From a virus (taxonomy: Duplodnaviria; Caudoviricetes), in the IMG/VR virus record IMGVR_UViG_3300048599_000202, positions 1 through 24,682 of that record: a stretch of 24,682 nucleotides of DNA; one strand, given 5' to 3'. Of this stretch, positions 8,183 through 17,048 are shown in pieces; position 1 is the stretch's first letter, and every line of letters begins with the position of its first letter. A program made the translations under genes and the position numbers. Under the pieces are notes generated by a model. That model had not been told where the DNA came from. It saw nothing but the letters and a program-made list of their open reading frames with translations, and searched no databases.

Positions 8183-8902
8183 TCAGGCCGCGAGGTAGTA
8201 CGGCAGGTGGATGTAACCGTCGGCGGTGTCGGTCGCGGCATCGAGCGTGTAGCTGATCTCCTTGCCCTGCATGGAGATGTCGCCTTCCGGCGCATCGTCG
8301 CCGGCATTGGCGCTGTCCTGCACCGACAGGAGCGCACCCACCGTGTCGCCCGAGTTCAGCAGCGTCGGCTTCTTGAAGCCGGCCGCAGCCGTCGAGAGGC
8401 CATCGATGAAGCCGTCGGCGTCGCCGGAATCGCTCGCCTTGGTACCGACGTCGATGGTCTGACCTGCATCCAAGGTCTTCACGTCGACGCCGAGCCCGAT
8501 CGGCAGCACCTCGGCCTTCGCCGGGATGACGAATCCCGTCATCGTCTCGGCCGCCGCAGCGGTGTCGGCGATCGAGAACGGGATCACGAAGGAGTGGAAG
8601 CGCCGGCCGGTGTCGACGTTGATGTCGTTCGGGCCGGACGGATCGATGTTCTTCACTTCGACGAACTGGCCGCCGGGCGCGAGGATGAACAGATCCACGG
8701 CCGAGACGGTGTCGGCGACGAAGAAGGTCGCAGAACCACGGGTCAGCGAGAGCGGGTTGCTCAGCGCCGCACCGTTCTTGTCAGTCAGGGAGAGCTTGGC
8801 GGGCAGACCAGCCGCGGCGACATAGACCTTGCCGCCATCGGCGATGATCGCCTTGCCCGTCAGCAAATCCCGGAGCTGAAAATTGAATTGCAGCTTTGCC
8901 AT
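8183..8902 (-). CDS. Putative capsid decoration/cement protein
   Basis: Immediately after the MCP and flanked by terminators; C-terminal IPAKAEV...TIDVG...DADGFIDG jelly-roll-like pattern; GAGG RBS. Confidence 0.65.
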   Translation of the reverse strand: MAKLQFNFQLRDLLTGKAIIADGGKVYVAAAGLPAKLSLTDKNGAALSNPLSLTRGSATFFVADTVSAVDLFILAPGGQFVEVKNIDPSGPNDINVDTGRRFHSFVIPFSIADTAAAAETMTGFVIPAKAEVLPIGLGVDVKTLDAGQTIDVGTKASDSGDADGFIDGLSTAAAGFKKPTLLNSGDTVGALLSVQDSANAGDDAPEGDISMQGKEISYTLDAATDTADGYIHLPYYLAA

Positions 8903-8942
8903 GATGGCCTCGGGGTTCGAGTTTCAGGGAATTGGGACTTCC

Positions 8943-8976
8943 AAACGAAAGCGCCCGCCCCTTGCGGGACAGGCGC
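8943..8976 (-). terminator. Rho-independent terminator after the major capsid gene
   Basis: GCGCCTGTCCC-GCAA-GGGGCGGGCGC-TTTCGTTT; GNRA loop; two G-U pairs that form only on the minus strand. Confidence 0.8.
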
Positions 8977-8995
8977 GTCCGGATCAGTCGATGGA

Positions 8996-10105
8996 TCAGG
9001 CCGCGGCTGCGGTCTTGATCGCGATCGTTCCGAAGTCCTGACGGGTGTTGGAATCCGTCAGCGACTTGAACTGCGGCTTCAGCATGCCGATCTTGCGACC
9101 GATGCCGACGCCGGGGCGGTTGCCGTGGTCGGTCTTGTCGCTCTCGGTGAACGACATGTTGCCGAGCGTGGCGAGACCACCCGCTTGCGCGCCGAGCAAC
9201 ATGGCCTGCGCACCGTCGATCGTGTTGCCGGAGCCCCACTTGGAGCCCGACGACTTGCCGAGGGTGTTGAAGACCTTGTTGTGGCTGTGGATCACGAGAC
9301 CCTGCACATTGGCGAGCGCGCCAGTGAACAGCGGGTTCTTCTCGCCGGACTTCGCGGCCGAGCGCACGATCGTCTGATAGGTCGGATCGAGCACGAGGTC
9401 ACGTTCCTGTTCAGGCGTGATCACCACGATGAAGTGGTTCTTGCCGCCCGACTTGATCGGACGGAGCCGCTTGCGGATCGCCATCTGCTTGGCGCGGACC
9501 AGCACCGCCCAGGACATCTTGTCGGACGCCGTAAGCGAGCCTTCGCCGGTCGCCGAGCCCGCATAGATGATGCGGCCCGAGGTCGGCGCCGCAACGTCCG
9601 CCGCGAATTTCAGCGACGGAAGCTGCGAGTTGGTGCGCGTCTCGCCCGAGGTCTTCAGGCTGAAGGCGCGGCCCGACAGCATCAGGAACATCAGCTCGTC
9701 GAGCTTGTCGGAGAGCCAGAAGGACAGCTTGTCCTTGGACTGCTCGCGGAAGCGGATCACGGTAGCCTGCTCGGCCATCGCGCCCTTCGACTTGGTACCG
9801 TGGCGGAGCTGGTCGATGCGGATGGTGATCGCATCGTTGACCAGCGTCTCCTCGTTACCGTCGAGCTCGTTGTCGCCGACAACGCCATCGCCCTGCATAT
9901 CCTGCACGAGCTGCATGACGCATTCGAGACCACGCTCGGTTTCGGAGAGCTCGGTCACGCGCTGGATGACCGAATTCATATCCTTCGACTTCCCGATGAA
10001 GCCGTTGGCGAAGAAGAAAGACTGGTCGCGACCAGCCTGCCAGATGTCGGCGGCCCAGACGCGTTTCTGTGCGTCGGAGAGCGCGCCGAAGTCGGTGGCA
10101 CCCAT
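8996..10105 (-). CDS. Major capsid protein, N4-gp56/DUF4043-like
   Basis: GDGVVGDNELDGNEE...IRIDQLRHG, NPLFTG, LLGAQA, DHGN...G.K, DFGTI motifs; 369 aa; GAGG RBS. Confidence 0.9.
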   Translation of the reverse strand: MGATDFGALSDAQKRVWAADIWQAGRDQSFFFANGFIGKSKDMNSVIQRVTELSETERGLECVMQLVQDMQGDGVVGDNELDGNEETLVNDAITIRIDQLRHGTKSKGAMAEQATVIRFREQSKDKLSFWLSDKLDELMFLMLSGRAFSLKTSGETRTNSQLPSLKFAADVAAPTSGRIIYAGSATGEGSLTASDKMSWAVLVRAKQMAIRKRLRPIKSGGKNHFIVVITPEQERDLVLDPTYQTIVRSAAKSGEKNPLFTGALANVQGLVIHSHNKVFNTLGKSSGSKWGSGNTIDGAQAMLLGAQAGGLATLGNMSFTESDKTDHGNRPGVGIGRKIGMLKPQFKSLTDSNTRQDFGTIAIKTAAAA

Positions 10106-10128
10106 GGGGCAAACCTCAATATTCGGGG

Positions 10129-11256
10129 TTATGCCGAGGAGAGAATTTTCGCTCTGACGGAAGCCGGCAGCGCCGCGATTTCCTCGTCACTCATGGTGGC
10201 GAGGCTTGCTTCGGTCGGCACGCCTTCAGCCTGATGACCATGCAGGTCGTTCAGACTGACGGGCGCCTGCTGATGCAAGGCGAGCTTTGCCGAGCGCGCC
10301 TGGGCGGCCGGCGAAAGCGGTTTCGGTTGCTGCTGGCCGGGAGCGGCCTGCTGTGAGCCTGGGAATGCGAAGCCTTTGGATTTGGCCTGTTCGGCACGAT
10401 CGGCGATCAGGGCCGGCGCCAACCGGTCGATCTGGCGCGAGATTTCCTTGCGGAATTCATACGTGCCGACCGATCCGTTGGTAGGATCGATGCCGTTCGC
10501 GACGCAGGCTTCCATCGCCTTCTTGCTGACGAAGTCCCACTCGGACTCGGTCGCGACCGCGTTGAAGGGCTTGACCCATGCGTGGTCATCTTCAAGCTTG
10601 GCCGTGAGCGTGTCGAGATAGAGCGCATCTCCTCCGCCTTGCGACTTTTGCTGTTGCTGTTGCTGAGGGGCGGGTCTCGCCGCGGCCGCGATCTCGTTTT
10701 TGAGCGTCTCGGCTTGTGCGTTAAGGGCTCGCTCCTGCGTCTTCCACTCTTTGGCGCTCAGTTCGCCCGCGTCGAATCTCTCCGCGAGAGCGATGATCTG
10801 ATTGTCGAGGGTGGCAAGCTGCTCCTGCGGCGAAGGCTTCGGCGGATCCTGACGCGCGGCACCAGGCGCGGCTGCGCCTGGATGGGCTACGCGTGTGAGG
10901 GCTTCCGCCTGACCGCGCCAATAGGCAGCGTCAGTGACGGCTTTGTCGCGCGCACTCAGAGCTTCGTCCAGGCGGGGCTTGGGGACCATGATCGGCGCAG
11001 GCGGCGGTTGCTGCCCGTTCGATGGCTGGCCCGGCTGGCCCGGTTGCTCGAGCAGCGCGGTTCCGGCCGGCGGTGTCGCTTGAGTGTCGGCACCGGCCGC
11101 AGCCTCCTCGGCTTGTACAGCGGCGCGTGCTTCGCTCAATTCGACGTCGTCGGGATCGATGAAGGACGTAGAAGCTTCGGGCTCGTTGCCCTGCGGCTGC
11201 TGGTCCTGCGGATCGTTTCCGGGTTGCAGATGCGTGTCGTCATTCCCAAAGGTCAT
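10129..11256 (-). CDS. Scaffolding protein
   Basis: Acidic, Gln/Pro-rich; MVPKPRLDE motif; coiled coil; C-terminal MSDEEIAALP; directly upstream of the MCP. Confidence 0.75.
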   Translation of the reverse strand: MTFGNDDTHLQPGNDPQDQQPQGNEPEASTSFIDPDDVELSEARAAVQAEEAAAGADTQATPPAGTALLEQPGQPGQPSNGQQPPPAPIMVPKPRLDEALSARDKAVTDAAYWRGQAEALTRVAHPGAAAPGAARQDPPKPSPQEQLATLDNQIIALAERFDAGELSAKEWKTQERALNAQAETLKNEIAAAARPAPQQQQQQKSQGGGDALYLDTLTAKLEDDHAWVKPFNAVATESEWDFVSKKAMEACVANGIDPTNGSVGTYEFRKEISRQIDRLAPALIADRAEQAKSKGFAFPGSQQAAPGQQQPKPLSPAAQARSAKLALHQQAPVSLNDLHGHQAEGVPTEASLATMSDEEIAALPASVRAKILSSA

Positions 11257-11393
11257 GGGGTCTCCGAATGTCGCTGGATGTGCGGAAGCGCCCGAACTGC
11301 GGCGGCCAGGTCCGGCTTATCGCGGGCCGGAAGCGCGGAAGCGCCTGCGCTACTCGGCAGGCGAACGAGGCTGGCGCGCGCGATCAACGCGCG

Positions 11394-11558
11394 TCAGCGA
11401 AAAATCGAAATCAATGGCTGACCGAAGCCAAGGGCGCGGATGAACTCGCGCTCCTCCTGCTCCATCGCCTTCCACATCGGCCAATAGAGGCCATGCGAAC
11501 GCGGCTCGATGCCGATCAATGATCGGTAGCGCGCGATGGCGGAAATCAGCGGATGCAT
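11394..11558 (-). CDS. Small hypothetical protein (54 aa)
   Basis: TGATG coupling to the upstream gene; MHPLISAIARY... Confidence 0.5.
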   Translation of the reverse strand: MHPLISAIARYRSLIGIEPRSHGLYWPMWKAMEQEEREFIRALGFGQPLISIFR

Positions 11559-11776
11559 CAGAATTTCGGCAGCGGCAGCGGGATGCCGATCTTGGCGAAG
11601 ACGATTGCGAGCATCGCTACGACGCCTGAGTGATACCACTGGTGTTTCTCGACCGTGGTGACACGCTTCTCGATCGCGTCGGCGCGCTCCTCGCGCAGCT
11701 TCTCGCGGGCGAGATGACCATCGAGCTTGCCTTCGAGGGTGCCGATGGCGCGCATGATGTCTGCATTGGTCGCCAT
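11558..11776 (-). CDS. Small coiled-coil protein with C-terminal TM segment (XhlA/holin-like)
   Basis: IGTLEGKLD...IEKRVTTVEK then a hydrophobic C-terminus; GAGGGG RBS. Confidence 0.7.
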   Translation of the reverse strand: MATNADIMRAIGTLEGKLDGHLAREKLREERADAIEKRVTTVEKHQWYHSGVVAMLAIVFAKIGIPLPLPKF

Positions 11777-11786
11777 GCCTGCCCCC

Positions 11787-12317
11787 TCAATGTCTCGTCT
11801 GACCCTGCGCGACCTTCAGAAGCTGGCCGTCTTTCGGCGCCAGCACCTTGCGCATGTGGTGATTCCAGAGCTGCCAGCCCGTCTCGGCCTTCTGCGCTGT
11901 CGAGTGAATGCCGGCTTCCACCACCGCCGCGAAATCGATCAGGCCGGCGCTGTCCCCACGCGCCCATTCCATCGTGAATTGCGGGTCGCCGTCCTCATCG
12001 ATCCAGATCAGCGCGTAGCGGCCATATTCGATGTGGTGCGGCAGATGCACGGCAAGCTTCGGCGGGATCGGATGGGTGAAGACCAGCACCCAGGCGCCGT
12101 CATGGTGCAGCTCGCGGTTCAAGAGTGCGAGCACGTCCGCGCCCCACATCACTTGCAGCGGGTCGAGTTGCGGAGATCCCGGATGGTGCGAGAGCAGGCT
12201 CGCGTCCTGCCGGCGGATCAGCGCGTAATACTGACCGTTGCCCTCCTCGACCTGTGCCTCATCGATGAAGCGGCGCAGCAGCGTCGTTGTGATCAGGAGA
12301 TCATCGGCCAGTTGCAT
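11787..12317 (-). CDS. Hypothetical protein
   Basis: 176-aa ORF starting 3 nt after the portal stop; GGAGG RBS. Confidence 0.75.
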   Translation of the reverse strand: MQLADDLLITTTLLRRFIDEAQVEEGNGQYYALIRRQDASLLSHHPGSPQLDPLQVMWGADVLALLNRELHHDGAWVLVFTHPIPPKLAVHLPHHIEYGRYALIWIDEDGDPQFTMEWARGDSAGLIDFAAVVEAGIHSTAQKAETGWQLWNHHMRKVLAPKDGQLLKVAQGQTRH

Positions 12318-12320
12318 ATC

Positions 12321-14321
12321 TCAGCCTCCCGCCATCGCGGCGTTGAACGGCACCACGTTGCCGCCGATCGGCGCCGCGCCCGTGAGCGCAGCCGGACCTC
12401 CCGGCGCCGGAAGCGGCAGCGGTTGACCGCCGCCCGGCCCACCCGGGGCACCGCCGCCCATCCCGCCGGGGGCGCCGGCACCGAGAGCTCCTTGGATGCG
12501 CTCGATCCATTCCTCTTTCCGCGGCAAGGTCGACAGATCGAGGATCAGGTCCGCGAACATCGGCATCATCGTGCCGATCGCCGGCCCCATCTTTTCGAGC
12601 AGCGTCAGCATTTCTTCGAACTGCGCGTTCAGGAAAGTCGAGGAAATCGGCGTCGGGTCGACCGCGGCCTCATACTTGCCGATGGTCACGTCGTTGTTGA
12701 TGCGCTTAACCCCCGACGTGCCGTCGATCATCTCTTGGTTGATGATGGTCTTGGTGAGCTTCCCGTTCTCGCCGAGGATTCGGTAGATGCGATGCTCGGT
12801 GTAATGGTTCTGGATGATGTTCAGATGCCGGTCGCCGAGCAGCATCTTCGAGCGCTTGAAGTTGTCCATGTACATCTGGATCGACAGCACCGCCTGCTTC
12901 TGGCGGGCTTCGATCGCCCGGCCCGACTGCACGCGGTCGAGCTCGCCGAGCGCGCTTTCGTTGATGCCGGCGATCGAGCGGATGTCCTCGTCGGCCTTCT
13001 TCTCCAGCCGCTCATGCGCCATCGGCGGCATGGCGGGCGCGATCGGCTCGGGCTCGTGGTCGCCCTTCCATTCCAGATTGAAGCCGGGAGATGAGCCGTA
13101 TTTCTGAAGCTTGCGCTTCTGATCCGGCGTCATCGAGTCCTGGTGATACTTCCAGCCGCCGTTCGCGCCCTTGGAGACGATCTCGATCTCGGCATTGCGG
13201 CGCTTGTTCTTCTCCATCTGCGGGTCGATCAGGTCATCGACCATGCCGCGCGTCATGCCGCGCCGGAAATACGGGAAGTAGCCCGTGATGGTGAAACCGT
13301 CATAGAAGCTCGGCGCATCGTAGAGGATCATGTCGCCGCACATCGTGGTCCAATGGACGGTCTGGACCATGCGCCGTTCGACGATGCAGGGATTGTCGAC
13401 GAGCTGCGCGTAGAGCAGCGCCTTCTCGATCTGCTCGCGGCCCCAATTCTTCGGCAGCGTCCGCTTGTCGCCGGTCTCCAGGTCGATGATGACGTTCCGC
13501 GGCTCCCGGATCTTGTATTGAGTGTCGATGATCCGGATCGTCTTGCGGTGGGTGTCCACGAAGTCCCCGACCAGCGAATAGAACTGGTCCCAATAAGGCA
13601 TCGCGTCGTCGCGCTCGCCGAAGGTGCGCACCGGCGTGATCTCGTCGTGGATCATCACCGAAGCCACCGGCGCCGACGGCGTCTGCCCCATCACGAACGG
13701 CCTGACCAGGCTGGTGACGCCCTTGCCGAAATTGCCCTCGATTTCGTCGATCGAGACCATCTTCGAGGTCTGCACATACGACGCGCTTTCGTTGAGGTCG
13801 TAGGTGTTGGCGTCCGGATCGGGGAACACGGCGAAGGGATCGAGCGCCGTGGTCTTGGCCTCGCCGAGGTCGTTCCGCTCGAAATCCAGGCGGGTGTCGT
13901 AATAGCCGCGGCTGGCGATCAGGCCATCCATGAAGACTTCGACATCGGCCCATTCGAGCCCGCAGCCGGCGGAGATCGCCTTTTCGACCTGCGTCAGGAC
14001 CTTCGCCATGTCCTCGGTGGAACGCTCGTCCTGGCCGGGGCGGAACGTGATGTCGGTCTTGTGGCTGCCGTGATAGCCGATGACCAGCCGAACGAGCGGC
14101 GCGATCATGTTCCACTTCATCGACGGCCGCTTTTGCCGGGTCCGCTCGGCGATTTGCGCCGCGGTCCATTGCCGGCCCTCGAAGAAATCGACGCAGACCT
14201 TCGCGCGTTCAGCCCATTGGGCCTGCGCCCAGGCGGCGCGCTGCCAGCGCTCGGCCAGCAGCAGCACCTTCGCAGAATCCTGCGTCGGCAGTTTCTTGGG
14301 CGGAACGGGGCCGAATTGCAT
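12321..14321 (-). CDS. Portal protein (P22-like)
   Basis: DFFEGRQW, DPDA...D, GMVDDLIDPQMEKNKRR, SGRAIEARQKQ and DVTIGKYE motifs; 666 aa. Confidence 0.92.
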   Translation of the reverse strand: MQFGPVPPKKLPTQDSAKVLLLAERWQRAAWAQAQWAERAKVCVDFFEGRQWTAAQIAERTRQKRPSMKWNMIAPLVRLVIGYHGSHKTDITFRPGQDERSTEDMAKVLTQVEKAISAGCGLEWADVEVFMDGLIASRGYYDTRLDFERNDLGEAKTTALDPFAVFPDPDANTYDLNESASYVQTSKMVSIDEIEGNFGKGVTSLVRPFVMGQTPSAPVASVMIHDEITPVRTFGERDDAMPYWDQFYSLVGDFVDTHRKTIRIIDTQYKIREPRNVIIDLETGDKRTLPKNWGREQIEKALLYAQLVDNPCIVERRMVQTVHWTTMCGDMILYDAPSFYDGFTITGYFPYFRRGMTRGMVDDLIDPQMEKNKRRNAEIEIVSKGANGGWKYHQDSMTPDQKRKLQKYGSSPGFNLEWKGDHEPEPIAPAMPPMAHERLEKKADEDIRSIAGINESALGELDRVQSGRAIEARQKQAVLSIQMYMDNFKRSKMLLGDRHLNIIQNHYTEHRIYRILGENGKLTKTIINQEMIDGTSGVKRINNDVTIGKYEAAVDPTPISSTFLNAQFEEMLTLLEKMGPAIGTMMPMFADLILDLSTLPRKEEWIERIQGALGAGAPGGMGGGAPGGPGGGQPLPLPAPGGPAALTGAAPIGGNVVPFNAAMAGG

Positions 14322-14327
14322 GGCCCG

Positions 14328-14591
14328 TTACCAAACCTCCAGCACGGACACGGTCTGCGAGCTGGCCGCGACGATGCCGTACACCGCCTGGTCGGTCTCG
14401 ATCGCGCGTTCGGCGCCGGCGGCACCGTGCAGCAGCACGCCCGTCGTGGTCGCGACGCCGGCAGCACCGAGATAGACCGCGGTGGTGCCGTGATTCACGA
14501 CCACGAGCTTGCGCCGGCCGGGACGCGCCGCTGCGAGCAGCACGCCTCCTGCGGTGGTGTCGACGGACACCTGATTGGTCTTGAAGGACAT
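14328..14591 (-). CDS. Small all-beta virion protein (putative head decoration)
   Basis: GGAGG RBS; RRKLVVVNHGTTAVYLG...G.LL...VYGI pattern. Confidence 0.65.
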   Translation of the reverse strand: MSFKTNQVSVDTTAGGVLLAAARPGRRKLVVVNHGTTAVYLGAAGVATTTGVLLHGAAGAERAIETDQAVYGIVAASSQTVSVLEVW

Positions 14592-14628
14592 GATGGCCTC
14601 CGACGCGCTGGATCAGCCGATCCGCGGA

Positions 14629-14844
14629 TCAGTTGTTGAGCTTCTTCCAGCCGGAGGACGCGCCGGTGGCGGCCCAATAGAGGTCGTTGTTGCTGATGTC
14701 CTTGCAGAACTGACCCGGATAGACCGGCGTGACGTTGTTGGTCGGGTCGCCCTCGTATTCGAGCGCGCAAAGCTGGTTCGCTTTCTCGTGCCAGGCGGTG
14801 CCCATGACCTGCGCCATGACGGCCTGCGTAATCGGAAGTGCCAT
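14629..14844 (-). CDS. Small protein with a fibre-type motif
   Basis: GAGGAG RBS; GDPTNNVTPVYPGQFCKD...LYWA...GWKKL. Confidence 0.65.
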   Translation of the reverse strand: MALPITQAVMAQVMGTAWHEKANQLCALEYEGDPTNNVTPVYPGQFCKDISNNDLYWAATGASSGWKKLNN

Positions 14845-14857
14845 CGGAGTTCTCCTC

Positions 14858-16465
14858 TCAGGTGTTCATGAAGTCGTTGGCGGTGCCCTCAAGCTCGTCG
14901 GCCATCCATTTCGGCATGTCGGCTGCTGTCGGCTCGGGGAACATCACGCCGAGGTCGGCATCGAGAATGCGGCTCATGCAATCGAGCGCGTCGTCATGCT
15001 TGCCGACCGGGAAAGCGGAATATTCCTCGTCGACGAACTGGCGGACGATGTCGCGCTGCTGCTTCTCGTGGTCGAGCTTCACGATCCCGCTCTTGGGCAG
15101 GAACATGCGGCCCTGTTCGAAGACCGGCACGAGGCGCTTGATGCGGTCGGGCTTGGCTACCTGGCCGCCGAGCCGCGTGATCGAAAAGCGGTAATTCTTC
15201 AGCTCCTGCTCGAACTCGATGTGCTCGACGTCGGCCTGGATGCCGTATTCCTCGTAGCCGACGGCGAGCGGCCGCCATTTGCGGTGCAGCTTGAACAGCT
15301 CGGTGGCGCGCTCGCGCAGGTTCAGCCGCGCATAGGCGCCGTCGACCACATAGAAGTTCTTGTCTCCGCCGGCGCCGATCACCCACATCGCCGTGTAATC
15401 GGAGGTTTTCTTCTTCTTCGAGGCCGGATCGACCAGGATGTAGAAGTTGAGCCCCGTGGTGTTGTCGGCCTTCCAGTAGCGCAGCCATTCCTCGCGGAAG
15501 CCCTGCGCGGTATCGGCCTTCGGGTTCAGCAGCATTTGCGCTCCGAAGGTGTAAGGCCCTTGCTTCTCCCGCTTGTCGCGCAGGAAAGCCGCCGATCGCA
15601 GCACCGCCTTGGTCTCGAAATCCTCCGAGCCGTCCGACGTGCAGGCATAGATGCGCGGCGGAATCCCGCGCTTGATCATCACCGAGTAGGTATCGAACAG
15701 GTGATAGCGGGTGCCGATGTAGCGATACCAGCCGCCTTCGGTGCCGAGGTTCTGCGAAAGCTCCCACGCCGCCGTGGTCTTCGGGATCATCTCCTCGGTG
15801 ACGGAGCGATCGGTCACGACGTCGTCGTAGACGACGATGAAGAAGTGCTTTCCGATCGGCTGGCCGTCGACCAGGCCCCACGCTTCGACGGTGGCCTCGC
15901 GCGGATTGGTCCGCCGGCGGAAGATCAGCCCGTCGTCTTCCGACCATTTCGGCGCATCCTTCGGGCTCTCCCAAAGGATGTCGGGGAAAAGGCTCTTAAG
16001 CTCCTCGTTGGTCTCGCACTCGCGCTTGATCTGCTTGAGGAAGTCTTTTGCGAGCGGACGGTTGTACGAGAAGATGCCGATCGTGACTTCGCGCCCGCCA
16101 TAGCGGGGCTCGGGATCCTCGCCGTGCGACGCAAGGATGTCCTGAAGGCTCAGCCCGAAGGTGATGATCGTCGATTTGTAGTGCTCGCGCGCCCACAGAT
16201 CGAGAAAGCCGTTCGGATTCGCCTGCACCTCGCGGCATCGGGCGAACAGCCAGTCGTGGTTTAGATCACTCCGCTTGCAGATGACCGTCAGCAGGAAGAA
16301 CAGGTCGTTCCGCGCCAGCCACCGCTTCGCGTTGCGGTAGAGCTGCGGGCTGCGCTGTGCCGCCGCCGTCAGCGCCAGCCGGTAGAACTGGATCGCTTCC
16401 AGCCTGGTCTGCGGCAGGCGTTCCAGCAACAGCAAGGGCGGCGCCGAAGACGGCTGCAAGTTCAT
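14858..16465 (-). CDS. terL: Terminase large subunit
   Basis: Deviant P-loop AREHYKST, Walker B IVVYDD, IGTRY coupling motif, and RNase H-fold nuclease motifs LVDPA, DYTA, HDDALD. Confidence 0.93.
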   Translation of the reverse strand: MNLQPSSAPPLLLLERLPQTRLEAIQFYRLALTAAAQRSPQLYRNAKRWLARNDLFFLLTVICKRSDLNHDWLFARCREVQANPNGFLDLWAREHYKSTIITFGLSLQDILASHGEDPEPRYGGREVTIGIFSYNRPLAKDFLKQIKRECETNEELKSLFPDILWESPKDAPKWSEDDGLIFRRRTNPREATVEAWGLVDGQPIGKHFFIVVYDDVVTDRSVTEEMIPKTTAAWELSQNLGTEGGWYRYIGTRYHLFDTYSVMIKRGIPPRIYACTSDGSEDFETKAVLRSAAFLRDKREKQGPYTFGAQMLLNPKADTAQGFREEWLRYWKADNTTGLNFYILVDPASKKKKTSDYTAMWVIGAGGDKNFYVVDGAYARLNLRERATELFKLHRKWRPLAVGYEEYGIQADVEHIEFEQELKNYRFSITRLGGQVAKPDRIKRLVPVFEQGRMFLPKSGIVKLDHEKQQRDIVRQFVDEEYSAFPVGKHDDALDCMSRILDADLGVMFPEPTAADMPKWMADELEGTANDFMNT

Positions 16466-16925
16466 TCGCTACCTGTTCGGGGGTCACCGCCGGCGCCGTC
16501 GTGTCCTTGGTCTCGATCGGCTTGCCGTTCGGTCCGGAAAGCTCGCGCCGATTGGTGAAGGCGCCCCCGACTTCCTTGGCCGCCTGTTCGAGCGCCTGCA
16601 GCGCGACCATCACGTTGCCGCGCTCCGTCGCCTTCGAGGCGATCCGCTCGAGCATGCGAAGGCGATGCACCTTGTTGGCGATGCCGATCTCGGCCTCGTT
16701 GGCGAGGTATTCCTGCCGCGTGAAGTGGAACAAGGTCTTCAGGTGCTCGCTCAATCCGCGGCCCTGCACCTTGGTCGGGTCGTAACCCTGTACCCGCTGG
16801 CGGCTGAGCTCGAGCCCGAACTCCTTCTTGACCTCGGCCACCACCTCCGAGGGGCTATCGAAGCAGGCAAGTCCCGCCACGATAAAGCGTTTCTGCTCGT
16901 CGGTGAGCTCTGCGGAATCGGCCAT
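16266..16925 (-). CDS. terS: Terminase small subunit (DUF2280-like)
   Basis: KRFIV..LACFDSPSEV..YDPTK...IANK.HRL...LEQAAKEVGG.FTNRRELSGPNGKPI. Confidence 0.85.
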   Translation of the reverse strand: MADSAELTDEQKRFIVAGLACFDSPSEVVAEVKKEFGLELSRQRVQGYDPTKVQGRGLSEHLKTLFHFTRQEYLANEAEIGIANKVHRLRMLERIASKATERGNVMVALQALEQAAKEVGGAFTNRRELSGPNGKPIETKDTTAPAVTPEQVANELAAVFGAALAVAGTPAADQAGSDPVLPAGADGGGTAQPAALPQREAVAGAERPVLPADGHLQAE

Positions 16926-17048
16926 CAGCGTCAACGCGGGGTCAATTTGCCCCCTACCTGGACATCATCGGAGGGCAGAAAAACGCACCAGCGGCCATCT
17001 GTGTGGGCCGAAAATTTGCGGATGGTGAGAACAAACCCGGAAACAGCC

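Noticed and set aside
8981-14631. TGATCC...CTGATCC doublet after the stops of the MCP (8981-8998) and of gene 14629..14844
   Set aside because: TGATCC is also the stop context at 1667 and 4091; too short to separate from stop-codon and GATC bias.
16150-16200. Non-canonical Walker A (AREHYKST) suggesting an inactive terminase
   Set aside because: Deviant P-loops of this type are known in terminases; the Walker B and nuclease motifs are intact.
4995-16264. Long + strand ORFs (4995..6872, 8207..10234, 11727..13094, 13143..14639, 14729..16264)
   Set aside because: Antisense shadows of motif-bearing structural genes in high-GC DNA; no motifs of their own.
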